Shown here: piece after piece, positions 1-7,716 of the stretch
Layout: the number at the start of each line of letters is the position of its first letter
How positions within the stretch are numbered: position 1 is the first letter of the stretch
Assembly (NCBI GenBank): GCA_040878325.1
Contig: JBBDMM010000003.1
Coordinates: 1-37,820, forward strand
Reading direction: 5' to 3'
DNA from: Acidimicrobiia bacterium
GTDB taxonomy: Bacteria; Actinomycetota; Acidimicrobiia; Spongiisociales; UBA11373
Length of the DNA stretch: 37,820 nucleotides
Made by a program: the position numbers and the translations under genes
Notes under the pieces: generated by a model
Database searches by the model: none
The model's input: the letters and a program-made list of their open reading frames with translations, nothing else
What the model was told of the DNA's origin: nothing

Positions 1-81
1 CTTGAACGACACCCCCTTGGCATCGGCCTGCCGGACAAAATCAAGCCGCTCACTCACCCGATCCGACTCCCTCCACGGCAC
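1..81 (-). CDS. IS481-family transposase, N-terminal 27 codons (partial)
   Basis: GTG at 81 with GGAGGT SD 5 nt upstream. Translates as MPWRESDRVSERLDFVRQADAKGVSFK, matching the typical IS481 start MPW...ERLxFV. Not in the ORF track. Confidence 0.8.
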   Translation of the reverse strand, partial: MPWRESDRVSERLDFVRQADAKGVSFK

Positions 82-158
82 CCCACACCTCCATCGACGC
101 CTCTGGAAGTGTCAAGGATGTCCCCGCGCATCTGTAAAGGATGTCCCCGGTCCACACA
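1..158 (-). mobile_element. IS481-family insertion sequence, left end (truncated by window edge)
   Basis: Terminal sequence on + strand TGTAAAGGATGTCCCCGGTCCACACA (133-158), with a second copy of the motif TGTCAAGGATGTCCCC (110-125). The element reads 5'-TGT on the minus strand and precedes a transposase-like N-terminus. Confidence 0.8.
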
Positions 159-319
159 CTTCCGGGGGGAGTACCCCGAAGGGGGGAGGGGGGCAGCTGA
201 CCCTGCGAGCAGGACTGGACCCGGCTCTAAGAAGTCGTTGGAGTGCTCGCTGTCTCCGCTGCCCCCTCCGCCTCGCTTCGCTTCGGCACCTCCCCCGCCG
301 AAGACGGCAGGGGAGGACG
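159..319. repeat. Composite REP-like element, copy 1 (first hairpin interrupted by the IS)
   Basis: 289-319 is identical to 25743-25773 (31 bp). 231-254 is the exact reverse complement of 30068-30091 (24 bp). 159-222 aligns with 37719-37781. Confidence 0.85.
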
Positions 320-323
320 CCCG

Positions 324-376
324 TGTTGGTTCTTGACTCTTGGCTCTTGACTCTTGGCTCTTGACTCTTGATTCTT
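324..376. repeat. Heptamer tandem array (TCTTGAC/TCTTGGC), about 7 units
   Basis: Units start at 331, 338, 345, 352, 359 and 366, plus degenerate flanks. Confidence 0.9.
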
Positions 377-381
377 CCCGG

Positions 382-870
382 ATGTTCGGTCGCCGCGACG
401 CCTACCTCCACTATCTGCGAGATCGACGCGCCCGGTTCCATGCGGTGCTCGATGAGTTGGCGCTCTCCCTCGAGGAAGATGCTGACCTCCGCAAGCAGGT
501 CGGGGGTGGCTGGACCTTGGGGGAGCACCTCGTTCACCTGGCGGCATGGGAGCGCCGGTATGCCCGGGTGGTGTCGGGCGGTCCCCGGCTGCCGTATCCG
601 TCCAACTGGCAGAAGTTCAACGACGCCGTCTACGCCGAGTGGCAGGGGGTGACTCCGGAGGCGGCCCGGGCGGAGTACGTCGCCGCGCATCGGGAGATGG
701 TGGCGGCGGTAGCGGCGTTACCCCCGGAAGGTGACCCGGCCCGGCCCAAGCTGCTCGAGGGATGGGACCTCAGTGCTGCGGCCAGCCACTACCGCGAGCA
801 CGCCACGATCCTGCTGGCGCATGCCGGGTTCCCGAAGCCGCCGCCCTGGCGCGGTCGAATCGTCAACTGA
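382..870 (+). CDS. DinB/ClbS-DfsB-like four-helix bundle protein
   Basis: WTLGEHLVHLAAWE and HYREH motifs of the DinB superfamily. ATG 382 chosen because the upstream in-frame part is repeat-derived. Confidence 0.75.
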   Translation: MFGRRDAYLHYLRDRRARFHAVLDELALSLEEDADLRKQVGGGWTLGEHLVHLAAWERRYARVVSGGPRLPYPSNWQKFNDAVYAEWQGVTPEAARAEYVAAHREMVAAVAALPPEGDPARPKLLEGWDLSAAASHYREHATILLAHAGFPKPPPWRGRIVN

Positions 871-872
871 GA

Positions 873-962
873 GTCAAGATTCAAGATTCAAGAGTCAAGA
901 ACCAAGACTCAAGAGGCGCGTCAGCGCGAATCTTGGTTCTTGACTCTTGACTCCTGGCTCTC
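873..962. repeat. Inverted heptamer arrays (GTCAAGA)x6 / (TCTTGAC)x4 around a small CGCG hairpin
   Basis: Left arm 873-914, core 915-930, right arm 931-962. Lies between convergent genes. Confidence 0.9.
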
Positions 963-2642
963 TCCCAGCTCCCTGTTGACCTCGCTGGGCAATGTGAACC
1001 AACGAAGACGTTCGAAGTCGGGGGTGGCGGTCTCGCCCGGGCCTGGGTCCAACGGTTCGGCCGCCGCCATGGCCTCCTTGGCCTCCTCGAGGTAATCGGC
1101 GAGGCGCGTCTCCGGTTCGAACCGGCGCCGATCCGAGTAGGCGTAGCCATCTGGCCCGATCGCAACGTCCGCAAGGCTCATCGGGGGATGGGAGCCGTGG
1201 TCCACGTGGGCCCATAAGGCCGACTGGTAGTCGAACTGGTAAAGGGGGAGCAGCCGCCAGCCCTCGTCGGCGATCAAGTGAACGGCATCGAGGATGAACT
1301 GGAATGTCTCCTCGCTGATGAAGTAGTTGAAGTTGACCCTCACCCAGCCGGGTCGGATCACCTCACACCCGCGGGCGATCTCGCGCTCGTATCCCTCCGA
1401 GGTCTCGATGTCGATGCCGAGCAGGCGGTGGCCGTAGGGACCGGCGCACGAGCACCCCCCGCGGCCCTGGATGCCAAAGAGATCGTTCAGCAGGGCGACG
1501 ACAAAGTTGTGATGCAGCCGACGCTCGCCGTGCCGGATCACGAACGAGACGATCGACAGGCGGTCGGCTCCGGGATTGCCGAGGATCTGGATGTTCGAGT
1601 TCGCCGACCACGATTCGATGGCGCGCCGGATGAACGACTCCTCCAACTCCCGGATCCGGTCGCTGCCAACCGAGTCCTTCAAGGCGAAGACCAGACCGCA
1701 GCGGATCGCCCCGATGATGTCGGGGGTGCCACCCTCCTCGCGGTGCTCGATATCTGCCAGGTAGCGGTGCCCGGTGGCGGTCACGAACGAAACGGTCCCA
1801 CCCCCGGGGACCGTAGGTACCCGGTTGGAGAACAGCTCCTTTCGAGCCACCAATAGCCCCGGGGTTCCCGGCCCGCCGATGAGCTTGTGCGGGCTGATGA
1901 ACACTGCGTCCTTGTACGAGAGCGGCTCGTCCGGATCCACCGGGCCCATCGAGATCCCGATGTACGGGGCCGCCGCCGCCATGTCCCAGAAGGAGAGTGA
2001 CCCGTGCCGATGCAGCAGGGTGGAGATGGCCGCGGTGTCCGAGATGATGCCGGTCACGTTCGAAGCTGCCGAGAAGGATCCGATCTTCAGCGGCCGCGCG
2101 GCATGGGTTGCCAGCGCCTGCTCTAGTGCCGACCGGTCGATGTGACCGTCGGAGTCCTCCGGGATCACCACGACATCGGCGATCGACTCGCGCCAGGGCA
2201 GCTCGTTGGAGTGATGCTCGAAGGGCCCGATGAAGACCACGGGCCGCTCTGCGGCGGGGATCCGTGCCGCGAGCCCGTAGCGCTCGTCGAGCTCAGCCGG
2301 CAGCCGCAAGCCCAGCACCCGGATCAGGTGATCGATGGCGCCGGTCGAGCCGCTTCCCGTGAAGATCACCGCGTGCTCGTCGGTCGCCCCGAGGCACCGG
2401 CGGATGGTCCCACGAGCGTCGTCGCGGAAGCGGGTGGTCTGCTGACCCGTGCCCGAGGACTCGGTGTGGGTGTTGGCGTAGAGCGGCAGCACCTGCTGGC
2501 GGATGAAATCCTCGATGAACTCGAGCGAACGTCCGGAGGCCGTGTAGTCGGCGTAGGTGACCCGCCGCGGTCCAAACGGGCCGTCGACCACGTCGTCCCG
2601 CCCGATGACGGAGTCGCGGATCAGGTCGATGAGGTCGGGCAT
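921..2642 (-). CDS. Class V PLP-dependent aminotransferase (cysteine desulfurase-like)
   Basis: YADYTASGR, EHHSN, SPHK (PLP lysine) and RGGCSCAGPY motifs. ATG 2642 follows TAGCCT-N7. Confidence 0.9.
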   Translation of the reverse strand: MPDLIDLIRDSVIGRDDVVDGPFGPRRVTYADYTASGRSLEFIEDFIRQQVLPLYANTHTESSGTGQQTTRFRDDARGTIRRCLGATDEHAVIFTGSGSTGAIDHLIRVLGLRLPAELDERYGLAARIPAAERPVVFIGPFEHHSNELPWRESIADVVVIPEDSDGHIDRSALEQALATHAARPLKIGSFSAASNVTGIISDTAAISTLLHRHGSLSFWDMAAAAPYIGISMGPVDPDEPLSYKDAVFISPHKLIGGPGTPGLLVARKELFSNRVPTVPGGGTVSFVTATGHRYLADIEHREEGGTPDIIGAIRCGLVFALKDSVGSDRIRELEESFIRRAIESWSANSNIQILGNPGADRLSIVSFVIRHGERRLHHNFVVALLNDLFGIQGRGGCSCAGPYGHRLLGIDIETSEGYEREIARGCEVIRPGWVRVNFNYFISEETFQFILDAVHLIADEGWRLLPLYQFDYQSALWAHVDHGSHPPMSLADVAIGPDGYAYSDRRRFEPETRLADYLEEAKEAMAAAEPLDPGPGETATPDFERLRWFTLPSEVNRELGESQESRVKNQDSR

Positions 2643-2760
2643 CTTCGTGAGGCTACCGGCGACCTTGGGCGAGAGGCGAGGGGCGAGCCGTGTTCCGCCA
2701 TTCGGCCCTAGCCCGGCCCGGCACTCGCGAATACGTTGACCGGGCTGTACGATGGGCGGA

Positions 2761-3807
2761 GTGTTTCGTTTTGGCGCGGTGATGGTCCTGGTGGTGGGGG
2801 CGAGCCTTCCCGCGGTCGCCGACTCCGCAGCCATCATGTGCCAGGGCAGCGAGGTCACGATCTGGGGGACGCCAGGCAATGATCGGATCGTGGGCACCGA
2901 TGGCCGCGATGTGATCCACGGGCTCAATGGTGATGACGTGATCAAGGGCTTTGGCGCCAACGACATCATCTGCGGGGGATCAGGCGACGACACTCTGCTG
3001 GGCGGCCTCGGCGCCGATCTTCTTCAGGGGGGCGACGGCGCCGATTTGATCAAGGGTGGTGCCGGCAGGGATCAGCTGTACGGTGGCCCCGGGGACGACA
3101 CCCTGCAGGGTGGGCCCGCCGACGACCTCTTGTTCGGGGGTGCGGGACTCGACGCGTGCTACGGCGGGAGTCAGGTCGATCGGGCGGACTCCTGTGAGAG
3201 CCCCGTGGCCACCGAGGTGGGCGATCGGCCCCCGGTTCGCTCACAGCCTGGCCCGAACGCTGTCGCTCTCACCTTCGACGACGGCCCCCATCCGTACTAC
3301 ACGCCGGCCGTGCTCGACGTGCTCGCACGCTACGGCGTCAAGGCCACCTTTTTCGTTGTCGGCGCCAAGGCCGCCTCCTATCCGGGTCTCATCCAGCGGA
3401 TGATCTCCGAAGGGCACTCGGTGCAGAGCCACAGCTACACCCACGCTTGGTTGACCAGGTACTCCGACTCGGTCGTCTCCCTCGAGATCGCCCGCGGGCG
3501 TGAGGCGATCGAATCGGCCTGCGGGATCGAGTCGCGTTGCCTGCGTCCCCCGTTCGGGGCGACCAACAGCCGGATCGTGTCCCTGGCGGCGGCCGAGGGT
3601 CAGACGATCGTCATGTGGTCCGTCGACCCACAGGATTGGCGAAACCACGACTCCCGGTGGGTTGCGGACCAGGTGCTGCGCACCACCGGAGGAGGCGACA
3701 TCGTCCTGCTGCACGACGGAGCCGGCTATACCGCGGCGCGGGCGCTTCCGTCCATCATCGAGGTTCTGAGGAAGCGCGGCTTGTCATTCGTCTCGATCTG
3801 CGGCTGA
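2761..3807 (+). CDS. Secreted polysaccharide deacetylase (NodB/CE4) with N-terminal RTX/hemolysin-type Ca-binding repeats
   Basis: Signal peptide, multiple GGxGxD nonapeptides, and TFDDGP, HSYTH, RPPFG, DPQDW, LLHD motifs. Start is GTG 2761 (TACGAT-N7) or ATG 2752. Confidence 0.85.
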   Translation: MFRFGAVMVLVVGASLPAVADSAAIMCQGSEVTIWGTPGNDRIVGTDGRDVIHGLNGDDVIKGFGANDIICGGSGDDTLLGGLGADLLQGGDGADLIKGGAGRDQLYGGPGDDTLQGGPADDLLFGGAGLDACYGGSQVDRADSCESPVATEVGDRPPVRSQPGPNAVALTFDDGPHPYYTPAVLDVLARYGVKATFFVVGAKAASYPGLIQRMISEGHSVQSHSYTHAWLTRYSDSVVSLEIARGREAIESACGIESRCLRPPFGATNSRIVSLAAAEGQTIVMWSVDPQDWRNHDSRWVADQVLRTTGGGDIVLLHDGAGYTAARALPSIIEVLRKRGLSFVSICG

Positions 3808-3925
3808 AGCGCCGGGGTGCCAAGGAGGCAATGCCCCTTGCGCGACGCGACAGAACGCGTGCCGGGCCTCGGCCGCGATCGAATTGTCCATTGCGCATCG
3901 CGGAGCCGGCGACAGGCGCCGACTC

Positions 3926-4750
3926 CTACCCGAACAACAGCGCACCCACCGTCACCACCATCAGCGCCAGCACCACCGACAGCTGTCTGGGGACGGCCTC
4001 GCGACCGGTGACGGGGAGTCGGTCCCATGCGACCGCCACCGCCGCTCCGGCGATCAACCCGCCGAGGTGAGCTTCCCAGGCGATGTTGGCGATCACCAGG
4101 GGCAGCGCCAGGTTGATGGCGAGCAGCAACATCAACTGCGATAGGACCGCTCGCGCCATCGGGGTGTGACGCTGCGCATAGAGCGTGACGATGAGTGCTC
4201 CCATCAACCCGAATATCGCCCCCGAGGCTCCGACTGCCGGATTGCCACGACCGACCAGGTGGTAGAGGGCGCCTCCGCCGAGGCCTGCGGTGAGATAGAG
4301 GAACGTGAAGGGCAGTGACCCGTACCGTCGCTCGAGCGCGGGGCCGAACAGGTAGAGCGCCCACATGTTGAACCCGACGTGCGCCAGGCTGGCGTGAAGG
4401 AACATCGAGGTCGCCGCCCGCCACCACTCGCCTGCCCGGACCAGGTCGACCTGCTGGGCACCCTCGACGAACAGGCGCCGTCCGATCTCGGGGTCCACCT
4501 CACCGAGGACGAATAGGCCCAGGTTGATGAAGAGCAGCGTGAAGGTGACCGGTGCAGCGCGCCGGACCCCCTGGCGGAGAGTCTGGGCGGTGATCACCTT
4601 GTGGCGGCCCTCAGGCTGAGCGCACTCCGGGCACTTCTGCCCCACCGGGGTGTCGATCGTGCAGTCCACACAGATCGGCCGCCCGCAATTCGAGCAGGAC
4701 AGCCGCGTCCCCCGATCGGAATGCCGGTAGCAGGAGGACGCGTCGGTCAT
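3926..4750 (-). CDS. Rhomboid intramembrane serine protease with N-terminal Cys-rich (B-box-like) domain
   Basis: CYRH..CSNC..C..C..CPEC, then WWR, HVGFNM, GASG (catalytic Ser) and AHLGG. Confidence 0.92.
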   Translation of the reverse strand: MTDASSCYRHSDRGTRLSCSNCGRPICVDCTIDTPVGQKCPECAQPEGRHKVITAQTLRQGVRRAAPVTFTLLFINLGLFVLGEVDPEIGRRLFVEGAQQVDLVRAGEWWRAATSMFLHASLAHVGFNMWALYLFGPALERRYGSLPFTFLYLTAGLGGGALYHLVGRGNPAVGASGAIFGLMGALIVTLYAQRHTPMARAVLSQLMLLLAINLALPLVIANIAWEAHLGGLIAGAAVAVAWDRLPVTGREAVPRQLSVVLALMVVTVGALLFG

Positions 4751-4762
4751 TGGGGGACGATA

Positions 4763-4889
4763 GGGCCCTCGCTCCGCTCGGCCCCGCAATGCGCGATGCG
4801 CAATGCGCGACCTGTCGTCACTTCCGGAGGGTCCTCGACGCCAGTCGCCCTCCGAGCGCGCCAGCCGGTTGCTCATTGCTCATCGCGGC
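4763..4889. repeat. Heptamer element: GGGCCCTCGCTCCGCTCGGCCCC hairpin, (GCGCAAT)n arm, core, (TTGCTCA)n arm
   Basis: Left arm 4784-4811, right arm 4869-4889. The same hairpin-plus-arm junction occurs in reverse at 7026-7076. Confidence 0.7.
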
Positions 4890-4949
4890 TCGGCCTGACG
4901 CCGGGCCTCCCGCCCGTAGACTCCCCCGCGACCAAGAGGAGACCAGGCA

Positions 4950-6164
4950 ATGGACTTCGGGTTCGGCGAGAAGGCGCTCGAGTGGCAGCAGCGGATGCGG
5001 GCGTTCATGGACGAAGCGGTGGCGCCGGCTGAGCAGGTGTACGAAGAGCAGATGGCCGCGCTCGGTGATCCGCATGGCCATCCTCAGGTGATCGCCGACC
5101 TCAAGATCGAAGCCCGCAAGAGGGGCCTGTGGAACATGTTCCTCCCCGACGACCACTGGGGCGCCGGGCTGTCGGTGCTCGAGTACGCCCCCCTCGCCGA
5201 GATGAGCGGGTGGAGCCCCCACATCGCGCCCGAGGCGACCAATTGCGGTGCCCCCGACACCGGCAACATGGAGATCCTCGCGATGTTCGGCACGCCCGAT
5301 CAGCAGCAGCGATGGCTGGTGCCGCTTTTGGAAGGCGAGATTCGTTCGTGCTTCTCGATGACCGAGCCGGAGGTCGCCTCGTCGGACGCCACCAACATCG
5401 CCTGTCGGATCGAATCGGATGGCGACGACTATGTGATCACCGGGCGCAAGTGGTGGTCGAGCGGCGCGATGTCGCCGCGGTGCAAGGTTGCGATCGTGAT
5501 GGGCGTCACGAATCCCGACGCCGACACCTATCAGCGGCAGAGCATGGTGCTGGTACCCCTGGACGATCCGAAGGTGACGATCGTGCGGGACATGACTGTC
5601 TTCGGATACCACGAGCGTGGCGGCCACCCGGAGATCCTCTACGACGGCGTGCGAGTGCCGAAGAGCAACTTGCTGGGAGAAGAGGGGGGCGGCTTTGCGA
5701 TCGCCCAGGCGCGCCTGGGGCCGGGACGGATCCACCACTGCATGCGCCTGATCGGCATGGCTGAGCGAGCCTTCGACGTGATGTGCCGCCGGGCGCTCAC
5801 CCGGACTGCGTTCGGCAAGCCGCTCGCCGAGCAGGGGGTGGTACAGGACTGGATCGCCGAGGCCCGGATCCGCATCGAGGAGTCCCGGTTGATGGTGTTG
5901 AAGGCAGCGTGGTTGATCGACACCGTCGGCGTGAAGGGAGCCCGGATCGAGATCTCCGCCATCAAGGTCGCGGTACCGCGGATGGCTACCTGGGTGCTCG
6001 ACCGCGGCATCCAGGTGCTCGGCGGCGCCGGAGTCAGCCAGGACTTCCCCCTCGCCTCGCTGTATGCGCACGCCCGGACGTTGCAGATCGCCGACGGCCC
6101 CGACGAGGTCCACAAGCGGTCGGTGGCCCGGCGCGAGCTGCGTCGCTTCATGGGGGACCGGTGA
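4950..6164 (+). CDS. Acyl-CoA dehydrogenase (ACAD10/11-like)
   Basis: NCGAPDTGNME, FSMTEPEVASSDA, GRKWWSSG, RLGPGRIHHCMR and DGPDEVH motifs. GAGGAG SD. Confidence 0.93.
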   Translation: MDFGFGEKALEWQQRMRAFMDEAVAPAEQVYEEQMAALGDPHGHPQVIADLKIEARKRGLWNMFLPDDHWGAGLSVLEYAPLAEMSGWSPHIAPEATNCGAPDTGNMEILAMFGTPDQQQRWLVPLLEGEIRSCFSMTEPEVASSDATNIACRIESDGDDYVITGRKWWSSGAMSPRCKVAIVMGVTNPDADTYQRQSMVLVPLDDPKVTIVRDMTVFGYHERGGHPEILYDGVRVPKSNLLGEEGGGFAIAQARLGPGRIHHCMRLIGMAERAFDVMCRRALTRTAFGKPLAEQGVVQDWIAEARIRIEESRLMVLKAAWLIDTVGVKGARIEISAIKVAVPRMATWVLDRGIQVLGGAGVSQDFPLASLYAHARTLQIADGPDEVHKRSVARRELRRFMGDR

Positions 6165-6955
6165 GCGAGGCGGTCTTCGCTCGCGAGGGCGAGTACTTCA
6201 TACCTCAGCCCGTGTCGCGGGCGCGCTGGTATGAAGAGGTGCTGCACGGTGGTCCGGTGGCGGCGCTGTTCGCCCGACAGGTCGAGCTGGTCGAGACTGC
6301 GGTCCCGATGATGGTCACCCGGCTGACCGTGGATCTGATGCGACCGGTCCCCACCAAGCCGCTTGCGGTCTCCACCCGGGTGATCCGGGCCGGCCGGCGT
6401 ATTCAGGTCGTCGAGGCGCTGATGGAGGCCGACGGGACCGAGGTGGCGCGGGCCTCGGCGCTGCGGATGCGGGTGGGCGAAGTCGCCTTGCCGGAACACC
6501 CGCGGCGCAATGCTCCCTCCGGTCCTGATGGCCTGGAGCGAGCCGAGTGGCGAGGCGACGACGACGGGGTCTGGTTCCACAGCCACGCGGTCGAGATGCG
6601 CTTCGTGGAAGGCAGCTTCTATGAACCGGGTCCGGCGACGGCGTGGCTGCGTATGACCCTGCCCCTGGTCGAAGGCGAGGAGGCGTCTCCGGTGCAGCAG
6701 GCGGCCGCCCTCGCCGACTTCGGGAACGGCCTCAGCCGGGTGCTCGCCGGCGGGTGGTGGTTCATCAACGCCGATCTCACCCTCTACCTGGAGCGGCAGC
6801 CGCGAGGCGACTGGATGGCCTTGCGGTCTAGAACTGATGTCGAGGACACCGGGATCGGCCTCGCCCAGAGCGAACTGTTCGATCAGGAGGGATCGATCGG
6901 CCACGCGCTCCAATCGCTGTTCGTGGACAAGGCCGACGGGCGCGACGGCCCGTGA
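6161..6955 (+). CDS. Thioesterase family protein (double hotdog fold)
   Basis: LHGGP, ADFGNG and INADLT motifs. GTGA overlap with the upstream stop. Confidence 0.85.
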   Translation: MSEAVFAREGEYFIPQPVSRARWYEEVLHGGPVAALFARQVELVETAVPMMVTRLTVDLMRPVPTKPLAVSTRVIRAGRRIQVVEALMEADGTEVARASALRMRVGEVALPEHPRRNAPSGPDGLERAEWRGDDDGVWFHSHAVEMRFVEGSFYEPGPATAWLRMTLPLVEGEEASPVQQAAALADFGNGLSRVLAGGWWFINADLTLYLERQPRGDWMALRSRTDVEDTGIGLAQSELFDQEGSIGHALQSLFVDKADGRDGP

Positions 6956-6969
6956 GGATGCTCCCGATA

Positions 6970-7076
6970 TCGCGATGCGCAATGCGCAATGCGCAACGCG
7001 AAGAGGCCAAGTCCCAGTCCGTCGTATTGCGAATTGCGAGTTGCGAATTGCGGGGGCCCGAGCGAAGCGAGGGCCC
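6970..7076. repeat. Inverted heptamer arrays (GCGCAAT)n / (ATTGCGA)n plus terminal hairpin
   Basis: Left arm 6970-7000, right arm 7026-7053, hairpin GGGCCCGAGCGAAGCGAGGGCCC to 7076. Confidence 0.85.
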
Positions 7077-7628
7077 CTCCTGAGCCGCCTCTTCCTGGGT
7101 CTGTTCGGCTGGAAGGTGGTCGGCCGCTTGCCCGACGTCCCGAAGTTCGTGGCGGTCGGGGCACCCCATACCTCGAACTGGGACTTTCCTCTGGCGTTGC
7201 TGACGGCCAGGGTGCTGAAGGTGCGGATCCGTTGGATCGGAAAGGCGGGAATCTTCAGGTTCCCGTGGGGCCCGGTCATGCGATGGCTTGGCGGGATTCC
7301 GAGCGAGCGCACCGGCAGCGAAGGGCTGGTGGCGGCGATGTCGCGGGCCTTCGCGGAGACCGACCGCATGGTGCTGGCGATTGCACCAGAGGGCACGCGC
7401 AAGGCGGTGCCCTATTGGAAGTCGGGCTTTTACCGGATCGCTCACGGCGTGGGTGTCCCCATCGTCCCGGTGTTCATCGACGGCACCAAGCGCGAGGTGC
7501 GAGTTGGCGAACCCCTGATGCCCACTGGCCAGATCAGGGCAGACATGGACCGGCTTCGTGAGTTCTACGCCGGTGTGGTTGGTGTCAAGCCGGAGCGCAT
7601 CGGCCCGGTTGTGCTCCAGGATGAATAG
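6975..7628 (+). CDS. Lysophospholipid/1-acylglycerol-3-phosphate acyltransferase family protein
   Basis: APHTSNWD (HxxxxD), PEGTR and WKSGFY motifs. Start uncertain (ATG 6975 or TTG 7041), both inside the repeat. Confidence 0.85.
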   Translation: MRNAQCATRRGQVPVRRIANCELRIAGARAKRGPLLSRLFLGLFGWKVVGRLPDVPKFVAVGAPHTSNWDFPLALLTARVLKVRIRWIGKAGIFRFPWGPVMRWLGGIPSERTGSEGLVAAMSRAFAETDRMVLAIAPEGTRKAVPYWKSGFYRIAHGVGVPIVPVFIDGTKREVRVGEPLMPTGQIRADMDRLREFYAGVVGVKPERIGPVVLQDE

Positions 7629-7654
7629 GGCCGGGCTGCTCCGTTCCGTTGAGG

Positions 7655-7689
7655 AAAAGGCAAGGGGCCGGAGGTGTCCCTCCGGCCCC
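7655..7689 (-). terminator. Intrinsic terminator of the RRM gene (possibly bidirectional)
   Basis: 11-bp stem GGGGCCGGAGG/CCTCCGGCCCC with a 4-nt loop, followed by TTGCCTTTT on the minus strand. Confidence 0.7.
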
Positions 7690-7716
7690 GGCCCCTTGCG
7701 ACTGAGTTGAACTCCG

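Noticed and set aside
2..364. ORFs 2..364 and 109..336 (+)
   Set aside because: They run across the IS end, REP and heptamer array. The real coding signal is the minus-strand transposase start.
2643..2993. N-terminal extension of the 690-aa aminotransferase ORF
   Set aside because: It overlaps the deacetylase gene on the opposite strand. Family similarity starts at MPDLID.
3836..3905. Possible degenerate GCGCAAT-family element between the deacetylase and rhomboid genes
   Set aside because: Only about two recognisable units (CATTGCGCATCGCGG), too weak to call.
4818..7402. Long antisense ORFs (4818..6113, 5639..7402) and similar shadow ORFs elsewhere
   Set aside because: Expected in high-GC DNA opposite well-supported genes. 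No motifs.
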